From Haplodiscus bocki (taxonomy: Eukaryota), in contig OZ296648.1 of NCBI GenBank assembly GCA_965655095.1, positions 148,490,001-148,554,000 on the forward strand: a DNA stretch of 64,000 nucleotides. The letters are read 5' to 3'. Below, in pieces: positions 1 to 54,262 of this stretch. The notes beneath the pieces are model-generated. The model was not told the DNA's origin. It saw nothing but the letters and a program-made list of their open reading frames with translations, and did not search any database. Position numbers and translations under genes: made by a program. Position 1 is the stretch's first letter, and each line of letters opens with the position of its first letter.

Positions 1-847
1 TTATTCGTAGAGCTGTTCCAAATTTTATGACAACTACGGAATTCATTTTGCTAGCTTTGCGGAGCTCTGCTCCACCTCTGTTACACTTGTACAAGGAAGT
101 GTTACATCAGAGGCTGCTACCGCTTTTGATGCGTTCACAACTTGCTTTTTAATCGAGATTCTGATGTTTCCAGATTTTGTTCATGCGCTCTCGGCTTGTT
201 GGAAACATTTGTTCATGTGTCCTATTTTTCAGCTGAGGGCTTGCGGGAAAAGTATTTTAAAGGACTTTGCCAGCAAATAAACCACCAATGGAGCCACTCC
301 TTGTCAATAATGGACCATTTGAATTGACTTGTTAAGCGAAGATTGCAACACTGCTAACGTTTCTCTGTAAATAAATATGTAATAAATAACGTAATTTTAT
401 GATTATGTTAACTTGTTGGATGGTCAATGTTTTTTCTAACATGACCCTTTTAGAAATCAGGTATTTTTTGTACTTATGTTGACGCAAGTGTAGCGAAACT
501 GTTCTTTTGAACAATGGTAGGGGATTTCCTCCTGTGAAATCTTAAGGTACCCGTGGATAGATGGATTATAATTTTCCGTTAGGGTGGCTGTTTTCTTTGC
601 GGAAACATGATATTCGCCAGGTGCTTGAACTTTTTTGTATTTTCCGAAGAAGTACTGCCAGTATACCTTGGGGATTTTGTTTTTTTTTTGTTAATTTCTG
701 TTCTGGTTGGTTCCCCGTGGCAATGTTATCCCATGTCATCTTATTTCATTAGCATCGTGCATTAGACGAAAGGCTGTCAATTGATTGACAAATGAGTTAT
801 TAGACCTTAAATCTAATTTTCATTTCTGTCTCGTGGCTAAGGTTTAG

Positions 848-41920
<41,073 letters not shown>

Positions 41921-42072
41921 AGACCAGACTATGTGTCTTTAGGTGTGCCCTAGAACAAAATGCCAATGTCATTTCCCAATTTCGTTCTTCCTTCGTATTC
42001 TACCGTAATCATCATTTGAACCGCTACTAAGCGTGGACTTTTCTGGGACCCAGCAACAACGCCATGTGCGGA

Positions 42073-42240
42073 GAATGATTTCATGCGTCTTTAATGACAT
42101 CAGGCGCCCTTAACGACTTCATGTCTACCTGATGACGCAATGGGTCATTGATGACATCATTTCTTCTTCTGGATGACCTAAGTGAACCTTGATGACGTCA
42201 AACTGGCTTTATGAAGTCATATGTTCTCGCTGACTTCATG
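42073..42240 (+). repeat. Nine degenerate ~19 bp tandem units with ATGACGTCA-like (CRE/ATF) cores
   Basis: Cores at 42075, 42094, 42113, 42132, 42151, 42173, 42192, 42211, 42230. Confidence 0.75.
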
Positions 42241-45035
42241 TGTCCTGTGTGTGTATCTAAAGGAAACAATCTTCCAACTAAATGCGACTGTAAGCTGATG
42301 TGTGGCAGAAAACCTTAATATCTAAATCATTGTGATGATCTATCTGTATGAACAGGACACAAAACATGAGTACTAACATTAACAACAAAACAACAGCTGC
42401 TCTTGTCGTTCAAATCAAATTCACGGTGCTACATCTCTCAATAGAATCTTCTCTCTCTCTCTCTCAGTCGTTTCTCCTCGGGGACCTTCAAAAGATGAAA
42501 AAACAGAATTGACTTCCAATCCTCCTTTTCCTTATCCTCCTCCTCTTCTCACTCTCTCCTCCTTTCTGTCGTCTATCGAAATTGTGCAATCTTAGGCAAA
42601 CGTGATTATCCAGTCAAGTCAGTGCGAAGAGTGTGCAGCGGTGACCTGTCATTGACCTTGACCGACCTCCTGGCGCTCAGGTCGCAGATGAAGGCGAGAA
42701 TATTTGGACACGTGTTAGACATTCTCTTTCGCTTTACAGCCAGTGAATCTTTACAAGACAGTGCAGTAGTAGATAAGAAGAGAAACATGCAAATGTCAGA
42801 AAGTCGTGAACTATCAATATCAGTGAATAACCTCCCTTGTTTTGGCAGAGTTTGCGGTTATTTGGTGAAACAAATGACACCAAGTTTCTTTTGTTTTCGG
42901 TTAAATATACTATTTTACCAAAAGCAAACTACAGCACAAACAAAACGGAGGTTATGGAAAAATAAAGATTGTCGTAGGTTTCTTCTTGGATTTGCTTGAG
43001 CGAAGATCAGTTCCAAACTTGTTCTATTTTCGGCCGAGAGAAACCTCCGAGTAATCTTGTCGTTAAGACGCTGGCAACGGTGCTGCTAAAATTGAGCTGA
43101 GATGTGATTTTAGAAATTTTTAACGTGCTGATGTATGTATAGATGATTGGACATGCCAGTTGTTCATAGTGAAATGGAGCTTTAATAAGCAATATAAAGT
43201 GGCGTTTCTGGATGTGAATCATTTGGCAAGTAGCAACTGTGCCAATGTTTTAGTACCAAAATGCTCAAATGTAAGTCACATTGCCCATTTGATGCGAAAT
43301 TTGTTGGAAAAATGCACCCCTTTGAGGTAAAGATATTTGAATCATATTGTTAATGCTGACATACATTCGAGCTATATTTTCAGAAATTTTTAATGTAGCT
43401 AGATCAGAAGATTAATTATCCAAATTTTTCTGAATCTTCACTTTTCAATCAGTTTCTCTGCGAGGAACATTGTGAGCACTTCAGGAATGGTTGTCTACCA
43501 GTATGCTGATCGCTAACAAAATTATAGCTTTGTGCAGCTTTCGCGTTTTGTGTTTTTTGTAAGGCTCACAATAGTTATATAGGGGAGGCCTTGATGTTTT
43601 GATTTTTTTCTCAATGAAAATCAGTCTACTGAAGGGAAGTTTACGGGCACTTTTTTTCGGCGTAAGTTGGTGAAATTGGCGCATAAACGAGGGATATTTT
43701 GTCTCACAGTGGCGAAAAACTTAGGGGTACCCTTCACTGTTCTGCAGAATTTGGCCCTCCCCAGGAAAGCGGAGAGCGAAAGAAAAATTCAATCGAAGAG
43801 TGGTCGATTCGACGTGAGCAAAGCGTCTTACGAAAGAAAAACTAGTCACTGTAATGGTCTGCACTTTTCTTATAAAGCGCCGACTAAAAACAGCTTTTGT
43901 GCCACGATGCTCAACCATTTAATTCGAGATAAAAAGAGTACAAGCCGATAAGCAACCAGAAAAAGAATAATAGCACGACAAAGCAGGCTCTTTAAATTAA
44001 AGGGTCTTGTTTGTGTAGCCAATTTTGTGTTTACACAGGAGCGATACTCAGGAAGAAAAATGACCGTTCGTTCATTCTGAAAATTAATGCGTTGATCAAC
44101 ATAACTTGATTTCCGGGAAGCAAGTTGATTCGCGTTTTGTCTTGAAGCTGAGCCTAAAATTAATCTACTCCACCACTTCGCGTTTTTTGGAGAAGTAACG
44201 AATTGATGAAACTACCCAATAATTTAACCTGATTTTTTTGTTTCATGAATGTTTATGCTAGGAAATGCCAAAGAGCATCATTGGATTTAGATCAAATTTG
44301 AGAATTGATTTCCTCAATAAATTTTAATTGCACGAGCAAGGGGGGCAAACCGAATTGTTGTACGATCGGCGTTTTTCCGCGCGTATAGAATTAGAAGAGC
44401 TCAAATTAGCATTATGTATGCTGATATGTTGCTCGCTTGACTGTGAAATTGGCGGAAAATTAATAAGTCTGCGCTTCATTCAGTAGGTGCGGCGTATTTT
44501 GGAAACTTTTACGAATTCAGAAGCAAATTTGCGATAAGTTACATGGGCAAATGAGGCATCCGCAAGCCTCTGGGTTGAATCATACGTGAACACTATTATA
44601 AAAACAGGCGGCACAGCAGAAGCAAGGCCTGGAGGGAAAATAAATTATTAAGAGCACGACAAAAACTATTCCGGTCCGAAAACTTTGCATTTCAGCGGTT
44701 GATCCCTGGGCGCCTTAGATTTTCGGGTCAACAGTCAAATATCTGGAATGAACGTGGGAGTTATGTTTTGGGAACGCCTGGAAAAAGATTGGCAAAATGG
44801 ATCACGCGAAACGCATTTGCGGCAAGCTGTAACGAATACTTTGTGATTTTTCCGTTACAAGGTGTAGTCTGATGAGAAAGTAGTTACCAAAAAAATGATT
44901 GTTTTGGGGAGAAGCGACATGGAAAATGTAGAATTTTGAGGGAAGCGCTAGAATTGGCGACAATTAGAATTGGTTTTAGGTGATTTTCCGAGTAAGCGAG
45001 AAATACTCATCTTTTTACACATTTTGAAAAAAGAA

Positions 45036-45952
45036 CGTGTATTGGAAACCGGCTTATGCATAGTTTTTTATCCGCTCAAAACTTGCATTTTGTGACGTCA
45101 TCAGAGAGTCTAGTCATCTAGAGAAAACGGTCAAAAAGAGCCCTTTTTGAAACCTCTTGGCGCGGGTACTTGTTAATTTTCGCGTTCTGAAAAATGCAAT
45201 TTTTTTTTAACAATGGTCTAAAAAAATGAACAACAGTTTTCTATAAGGTGATCCAGATAACATTGTTTTGAATATGATGCTATGATGCAGTGTGGGTAGC
45301 GTATTGGGTGTCTCCAAAAAACGTTATATGTAAAAACTTGGAGTCAGAATGGTTAATATTAGTAAACAATTGTTTACTAATAACCGATTGGAACTTTTTT
45401 TAAGTTTGCATGAACCGCCCGTCAGACATCAAAATTGACATGATTAAATCTCAAATTGTGAAATTGACCACTTCAGGTTCAAGTTGTAAAAGCTCGTTAC
45501 ACGTAGTTGACCGAAATTGAGCAAATTTTTTTGATTCACAAATGATCATGATTGACCAGTGACGTGACAATTTTGAAGCGGTTTTGACGTCTCGTTTTCT
45601 AATATTAGCCATTTTGGGAGCTTGAAAATTTTCACGTAACGTTTCTTAGGGCACATAGTATGTTCTTTTTTTGCTTTCGTTTACTGTGTTAGCTTTTTAG
45701 ACATTGGGTCGCAAAATGGCGAATCTAAGAAAAAATGATTGACATCAACTTTAGCATCAGACACAGTGATAGGTTCTTGTCTTATTTCGACTTTTTCGAA
45801 CAACCTTTTGATAGTTATCTGGTGTGGTTTTTCTAAAAGTAGCAATTATGTATCTGATTAGGCTTCAATTATCTCCGATAGGCTGTCAAGTTCTTCTTTG
45901 ATTTGAATTGATAAGTCAGATTGTGTTGCGAAGTTCCGCTTCGCCTGTGTTG
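45036..45952 (+). mobile_element. Dispersed non-autonomous repeat with terminal hairpin (Helitron/Helentron-like, tentative)
   Basis: Similar to 37640-38380; ends in GCGAAG-TTCCG-CTTCGC hairpin; a related end sits near 2320-2350. Confidence 0.6.
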
Positions 45953-47299
45953 ACTTTCTAATTTGTCTTTTAAGTTTGCTGCAAGGCCATCAACAACCAA
46001 TAATAGAGGAAATAATTGCCAATTCAACTTGGCGACTACATATCCATTTTAACTGAATTGGAGGTCAAAAATTTCAAAAGTTTCGTCCAAATTGGTTCAC
46101 TTACGGCAGCATAGTTAGCCAAAACTTGCTAAAATTAACGTTTTGCATGGACTTTTCATTCTTTTGCACCCCAAGCATTTAACTTCAATTGCATGAGATG
46201 AAAACTCAGGTTCCCTTGCTTTTAGCAAAGTCATGAGCTTCCTTTTTGTGAAAAAAATCTATTTTGGTTTTCTAGGCTCATTCTTTGGTCTCATTCCTCA
46301 CTAAGGCGCCTGTGTTTGATTTCTTTTCGAAGAAGTAAAAACCTCAAATGTAACGATTGTCGCATGCATCCAGCGATATAAAATTTTTCAGTTTTAAAAG
46401 AAGAAAAATACTTTTTGTCGAAATCCCTGAGAGATAATTGTTTCACTCGACCTGGCAAGTTTCGATTCATATTTGAGGTATAATTTTTTTTCCGATAATA
46501 TCGAAAATTTCAACACTTCCAGTAGTGATTTGTACTGCTATTCCAAACTTCCAGAAAACTGGAGGATTTATTTTCCCACCCTTGCCCAACTGTGTCAGAA
46601 TTGAGGATAGAGCAAAACGTTTTTTTCCATCCGGATGTAACTTGCACTTTTCCGAGACTGTCAATTGTTCCGAGATTTCAGATTTTTTTTGTGTGCGTAT
46701 AGAACCCGATAACCGGTGAATCACGAAGCGTTCCATCTGCAGGTTCCACCATCTTTTCTTTCAGGATCAGCATTTTAAGTCGTATAAATATTAATTGAAG
46801 CTATCTCTCAAGCAAAAGTGAAGCAAAATATTTGCGTCTAATTTAAACGTCCTGTTTTGGAGAATATATGAAACTGAGATTCCTTAGACAGCTTTTGAAA
46901 GTTGAATAATCGGGAAGTTTGTTAGGTAACAAAGACTGCGTTTCCTATCTTTTTTTTCCTGCCAAGTCTTTCAAGTTCCTCTTGAAAATTGATAATGATA
47001 AAAATTAATAATGTTCGCTGAGTGTCAGAACGGTTTTATTCACTAACCAGTGGTCGATTGAGTCCATTCAGTGCTGATTTTGCTGCCATCCAACAGCTTC
47101 TTTCGAAAGAAATGGCGAAAAATCTTGACTTGTTTATGAAAAAATTAATAGTAAGTTCATTTGCGATCTGCAAGTTGACAACGCCAGCTTTTTCTGATTG
47201 ACGTTTTTGTATGCGCACGTTTACAAATAGCTTTTGATGCAACTTGCGGAAATGGCAACATGCTCACTCTACCCGTTCCTGCTTTCGAAGTTGCCTGTT

Positions 47300-47950
47300 C
47301 TGACCTGTAGAATTGTTCTTTATTACTTGTGAAAATCAATCGAGAAAATCAAATGTGAAAAATTGTGCTCGCAGGAATTTTTTTGCCGAAAGCGCCCGCC
47401 ATTTATTTATTTTTCGGGTTGAACTGATTTCAACCTCAATATCTCTGTATCTGTTTGCTGGAATTTTCTGATTTTCGCTACGAACGTTATGAGAAGACTC
47501 CAGCCAATAATTTAGTTTTTTTTTGTTTTGGCTGATTTGATGTTTTTTCGACAAAAACTTATAGCTCGAGCTGAAGTTGGCTTTCTTGACTTTTTTAAAT
47601 TTTATGTCGCCAACGTAGGCGTGTAGTTCTTCAACTTGCTCTATCCTTAGTTTGCATTACGAAGGAAGTTCAATTGTGTCAGACAGTGAAGGTTGATCCC
47701 GTTAAGAACCCCTTTAAATTTTGAGAAATAGGCTTGAAATTAGAGCCAATTAGAAAGAATTTCTCAACATAGGTCTGCAAATGACCCATGATTTGCATCA
47801 GTATTTCAAGGAGGCAACTCTTGTGGAGGTCAAAACTTTTGAATTGGTCTTTCTGCTTCAAGCTAACTCAAAGATTTTGATGTCAACTTTGAGACTTACA
47901 GTTTCAAATGTGGCTCTCCGAGTTACCAAAGTTGTGCTCTTACACAACAA
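47300..47950 (-). pseudogene. Highly decayed Ty3/Gypsy-like RNase H fragment
   Basis: Colinear remnants HAY..ANF, LEL, NYWL..RSENQK, EI..TRK..ALS resembling AYASR..NY, KELLA, HYL..TDH, IxHRPG..DALSR. Confidence 0.35.
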
Positions 47951-49449
47951 TGAAATTTTATTATGCCAGCGACTACAGATTGATTGTGGCAAAAAGTTTT
48001 CGTTCATTTCTCTTGGGAAAGACTAGAAATTGGAGCTGTTTGAGAGGTTTTTCAAACTTGAAAGGCTGTTTTTTAAACTAGGTCTATAATCGACCTGAAT
48101 TTTGAAGGTGTGAAAAAAAGGGCTTCAGTAAAACACCTATTAACTTCTGGTTGTGCATAGAAGTTGTTTTGATTGGTTTCTCGGAAAGATAGCGTCAAAG
48201 TCGAGCGACTTGTGGAGAATGTGAAAACTTTTTGGAAAACTTGAGTCAGTGTGCGCGGTACCTTGGTCTCCAATTCAACTAATGTTCATAATAACATAAT
48301 CAGAGCACTCTTTTTTGTCACCTACAAACTGATGTGGGTTTAAAAAATCTGTGACCAGTTTTTCGTGCGCGATAAACGTAAAACTCTACCTTTTTTGACG
48401 TTATTAATCAAGTTTTGGAGCTAAAAATTGCACACTAGGTTTAGGTTTCCAGATGACTTTCATTTTAAGTCCGCACAAGCGAGAGACCTGTTTGAAAAAC
48501 ATATTGAGCTTTAGTTGCGGCCTGAGAAGTATTGTACAGGTTTCTTTGGTATTGGACAGGTACAAAACGTCACCGTGTGATAGTATCTTGTCACATTGGA
48601 AAAATGTGTCTTGGCAGGGCCACTTTGACGCTGCTCCTTTTCAACAGAAGCAACCATGAGATATATGTCTGCAGCATGATTAGATTTGTTTCTGTTCCAA
48701 GAATTCCCAATCGGTTTTCTGCCAAAGAAATGAAAAAACGATCTACTTTCAACTAGTGTCCGCAAATTTTTCTTGGAAGCCCTGACTTTTCACACGAAGC
48801 GCACTGAAACCCAAAGTTGTTAAATAGAAGTGTTATCAAGTCGCTTCTCGTGAACAAAATCAGTAACGACTGTGCTCAGAATATGTTTCGATATGTTTGT
48901 TTTTGGCAGAAATTGGAAACCAGACCGACCTCTGACTCATTCTTCCTGAAAATTTTTCCACAATTTATGTTTTCATTTCAATTTGCTTTTTGAGTTTGGG
49001 CTGCCTTGTCCCTAAATTTTTTCAAAACCTAGATAAAAAGTGGAATTTCGCTAAATACTCAAGTACTGACTCAATGATACTTTTGCTGATTGGCCTGTTG
49101 TTGAAGTTCGCGGAAAATAGAATGTAAGTTCTTCGCACTTTCGGTGTATCGGGATTCCAATGCAAGACTCACACTCGCCGATTGCTCAACTGATGGCTGG
49201 GTTCTTGATGGATGTTCAGAAGTCGGTAGTTATCGCGAAATTTGAGTTTGATTTTCGTTGAAAATCAGTACTAAGAGCAACCTCCGGCATATTTAGCCTA
49301 CCAGGATTCCAATGCACAACACAAACCTGTTACTGGTGTTGACCTAATTGTTAATGCTTCTACAAATTGGAAATTTGATGACTGGGACCTTGAAGTAATC
49401 AGTAGCAGGAGGAACTTTTGGAAACTTTGACCGATCGGGATTCCAGCGT

Positions 49450-51150
49450 AGGATAAAATAAAAGCGGTGACGCTTTGAATAAAAAAGCCTCAAATAAAAT
49501 TTCTTGATTGAGACTTATAGGGATGCATTTAATCAAAGCGTTGATTATTGCCAGGTTTTTAAAGACACGAATTTGGGACAACAAGTTCAAGAGAACATGA
49601 AAAAACGAGAATTACTTTCACAACCGACGTCAAAACTTAAAACCAGAACACCTTGGTTTGTCCGAAAATTGGAGGTTAGTGTGTTAGAGGTGGAAAAAGA
49701 AAATACCGGAGGACTTCACAAATGTTTTCGAGCAGATGTCGAAACTTAGAGGATTCTCTGCTGTGGACAGAATATTAATGCCTGTAGGTCTACCGCTGCA
49801 AGTCATAAACTGGCTACATTCCGCCCAACTCGAACCATAGAAAATGCTAACTGACAGTGAAATCATTCGGCTGCCAAAATTGAAAAATCTTCTGGAAAGA
49901 ACTAAAGAATTTTACAACCTGCATTAGCTCTGGTAAAAACTTAAAATGTCAATTTCCCAATACTGAAATAAAAACGGTTGGAAACATTATCCGAACCGCG
50001 TGTAAAACTTCACCTAGATTTTTGGTGTAAACTACGAATTGAAGCGGTATCAGGAGAAAAGAGCATATTTTTAGAAAGACACTGGTTTAAAAGACGACCG
50101 TCGGTGAAAATTTAAAAAAATATATGCCAAGGAGTTCTTGCTGCTACAGGAGAGTTTCATAAAAGTGAAGGCAATCACAGAAACATAAAAAGTACCAGCG
50201 GAATAAAATCTTTTCGGAAGAGCACAGGCAATGCTGTCAAAAGGGAACAATACCATTGAAAATTCCCACTCAAGTTACAATTATGTACCGTTACTGTAGA
50301 ACAAGCCATTGAGTCAAATCAGAAAACTATAGCAATATCAAACGGCAGAAATAGAATTACTGAAACTGTGAATTAGCGCGTTATGTGTGTTATGGTTCAC
50401 AACTAGTGTGGAATCTAAGAACGTACCCTTGGAATTACGAACCCGCCGTAATGTGAGAACGTAGTGAAGCAATTAGTTGAAGACGATAAATGTTCCCTCC
50501 TGGAACGATACGCGATTTTATCATTGAATGAGACGAATCAATTGATGTCTACTGGTCGGGATGAATGGGGGTAGTTTTGGGGTACTTGATAATGGCAAAA
50601 AAAAGAAACGCAAGTTGCTGCGTATAATCTAAATTATCCAAAGGAAGACACATAGTCTCAGTTGATCAAATTTGATACCACTTTGGGTTCCACGAAAGAG
50701 AAAAAAATATCAACAGAAGAAAGATTCAAAGTGACACTAAAGATAGCAATCAGTTGATGAAACGGAATACAAAGCAACCACGAACGATTACAAAGTTTTA
50801 ACTGTAAAAACAATTTCGAACCTAAATGAAATTCAGAAGATACCAAAAAAAATCACCACAGAATCAGTAGACAGACAAACCGGAACAAACGCAATATACG
50901 GGAAGCTAGTGGCAAGTACATTTTTTTGGAAGTAAATATGAAGCGGATTCGCGACGGCAAAATGGAGATAACAATAAGAAGCGGGGATTCACCGCGCCAC
51001 GAAATTGGTGACTGGTATTTCATTAAACGACGGCGAGCTGATACATGTAGATATAGACCTGGAGCTTAACACTTGTACACCGAGTTTAGGAAAGAAATTC
51101 ACCATACTACCCAGCAGTGCCAATGAAATTGAATAGAAATTTCATGGTGA
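49450..51150 (+). pseudogene. Highly decayed Ty3/Gypsy-like pol remnants
   Basis: Weak colinear traces: VLEVEKENTGGL (RT), LMPVGL, HEIGDWYFIK (integrase tail). Confidence 0.3.
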
Positions 51151-54100
51151 GATGAAATCAAACATTCAACTTTTACTGGAAGGTTCTATTGTTATAACAG
51201 ATATCGCATTCAGGCGACGGAGTCAAAGTAGTAAAACAGTACCACATAGTAGATTTGGCAATTACGCGTTTTGCTTTCAAAATAATAAAGTTTGATAATA
51301 GTTTTTTATTATTCAGGATTTACCACAAAAAGTGGCTACGAGGCAAATGACCAAATTTTGTTGAAGGTCAAGATTATGTCCCCGGACGAAGCCACTGAAA
51401 AGGAGGAAGTTATACACTGTATTTCTTGACCAAGATAGCTAATTGTACGGTGTTGAATAACAGGAGTAGGTACCTGTCAGAACACAGATCAAGACTGTAT
51501 GTATACCGAAAGCTCGCATTGTAAGCCAGTGTTCTCGTAGTTACGTAGCGTAAGGCAATTAAACTATTACTCCCTTTCCCATTTTTGTTGAGAGACAGAA
51601 CAATAAAAAAAACTTTTCCTGGATTTGTTTCCAGTATGTTGGAAATTTTCTAAAAACTAGTAGGTATTAGCAAAAATAATTGCCAAAATCTTGGCAAGAA
51701 ATCACAGAATACCAAATTTTTTCGTGCCAAGCAAAACAAGATTCCAAGCACTTGGTAGGCTACCATGAAACAACCTGTTAAAGACATAAAAATCACATGT
51801 TTTCAACTAAAATTTCGATTTTTATCGAAAGTATTGAAACTCATTCATTCAACGGATGTTTTGTCTTGGTGAGCAACCATTTAACCTCTAAGGGGCTACC
51901 TGCTATCCTAAAGTAAGACGTGCCGATTATATTCTAATAATTATTTTTACTAAATTTTCTGAGATGCGTGCGAAACTAACGGCAGCACTGTTTGCAGACA
52001 TTTTGCATAATTTTACTTCTCAGAATTATCAGACAATTTCGATAAAAAAGAGCCCGAAGGTCGTTTTTATAAAGCTTCCGCAGTGTACAATAGCTGATCG
52101 AAAATATGCCAGCATGTTCCATTCACTACGCCAAACATACTTTCCAGTTTGTTCAATTGAAATAGTTTTGTACTTTCCGCCAATGTTCAAATAACGAAGG
52201 AAAATAAGTCAATCAACGCGTGCTATTTTTTAACGCTCACTTGCCAATTGCCTGATTGCACAAGATTTGGACCATTTTGACTTTGAATTTGATATCAGCA
52301 AATTATAGCAAATTTGTCAGAATGCCAACGGGTTTTTTTTAAAGAGGTACGAAATTAGAGTTTCAAGCTCAGAAATTTTTAATTTGAAAACAGACGAAAA
52401 TTTTGATAATTGAGAAAAAGCAGCCGATTTGATGTACAATGCGGTAAAAAAAAGGGTAATATTCTTGAAAAATACTTTTTTGCGACCAAAATTTCAGGTT
52501 TTCAAAATCGGAAAAGTAGCAAATGTGAAATAGAAGGCAACTAGAAGAGTAATTTTTATTGAAAACGCAATTTTATCAAAGTTGGATGGCAAAAAGTGTC
52601 GGGTGTCGTTGGTTTAACAATTGTAGGCAACGCTCTCGATCAAAAGAGACTTTTATTGAGAAGTGTTTCCTGCGACATATGTCTGAGAAAGTTCTAATGA
52701 CAACCAAGTCCCAGCAGGTTGTCTTTCTGATGAATAGTCGAAGACATTTGATGAATCGACAGAGTTTTTTATTGTACTTGAAAAATGAAGAGTAGTAGAA
52801 AGTTTTTCTTCCTGGCATAATGCATAAGCAAAATCTTACAATCAGTATTTAGACTTTTTTCGGCTGCTGTGCCAATTCTCGCTGCGCTCATTTATTTAAC
52901 TGACGTTGTACCTGACATCTATAGTTTAGTGAATAAACGCAAGGGGTGGACGTGAGACAACAATGGTTTTTGCTGGAAAATGATTTTTGACATGTAAAAG
53001 CTTCTTTCATCAAAAGTTTTTATATACGTTTTGTTTTTAACAACCTGTATTGTATTAAAGAAAAAAATTAGCTTGAAAACAGTAGAACGTTTCATTTGCT
53101 GTACTTGAAATCTTTATGTTACTGTTTTGTGCGAAATTTTAGGCAATATCAAACAGCACGATTTGAGTATCAAAGGAACTTAGAACTTCCGGAAGGAAAA
53201 AACGACTTACTTTTCAAAATTTTGCAACTAAATAAAATTTCGAAACCAGAATCAGAAAACAAAAAAAATAAAAACAGCAAAACATAATTTAGAAATTTAA
53301 AATTCGAATCAAATTCACAAGCCACCATAATTTATTTTCACAGAAATACATGAATTTTCGGCAAGGAGCGCCTTTTGCCTAACATTTTTAGTGCAAAAAG
53401 ACTCAATAAAATGGTATTGATTTTTCGCGCTGATGACACTGTTTCCTGCAAAATCAATGGAGCTCCCCCCATCAATATCTCAGTCGACAGCTTCAAAATG
53501 TTTGACGCGCATTCAACAACTAACACTTCGAAACTTTTATTTTCATCGGAATTCTGATACACCAAAAAATGCCAGAACTTGCCAATGATATCGACTCTAT
53601 ATCGGTAATCAAAGTCGAGTTTCTCCAAACGACATGCTTGATTTCTTACATCAACAACCTGATCGAGTGTTTTTTAATAGAAGAGGAAAATGAAGGCCAA
53701 ATTTTTAGATTTTAAAAATGGATTTAGAATCCCGATAGCCCAAAGAAGCTAAAAGGTCTCATCAGCATCAACTATTCTCACTTTTCAAAGTCGCCTTTTC
53801 CCATAGCTACTGGGTTAATTTTCTTGTTCAATTTCTCAATCGACCGTTTTTTCAACTATTCAGGAACGTTCATAACGGATATGCTTGGTTTTGATTGTTG
53901 CATTAGGGTTCTGATTGGCAGAAATTACCAGAGTTGCGAGAAGTGATGAATTTTGTTGATATTCTAATTCAATCCTCCTTGAAATTACAAGCTTGTTTTC
54001 ATCCATCAACACCTCAAGGAACAGTTTCTTAGTTTCGCAGGAGTATTTTGCACCGAAATTGCAGAACAAGTTAACTGCATAAAAGTGACAAGCTGAACGG

Positions 54101-54262
54101 TCCCAAAATGTTCCTAGTGTCACATTGACAATTTTGAGGAACAATTAGTTCAAGTCCCAGGGGTAAAACTTCGCTCTGCGACATCTTTTGTCTCGAAAAG
54201 GCTCAAAATGGGCTACTTTTATTTGAGTTTCCGAGTCTGCAGTTTTTCCGAGAAAGTTTTAG

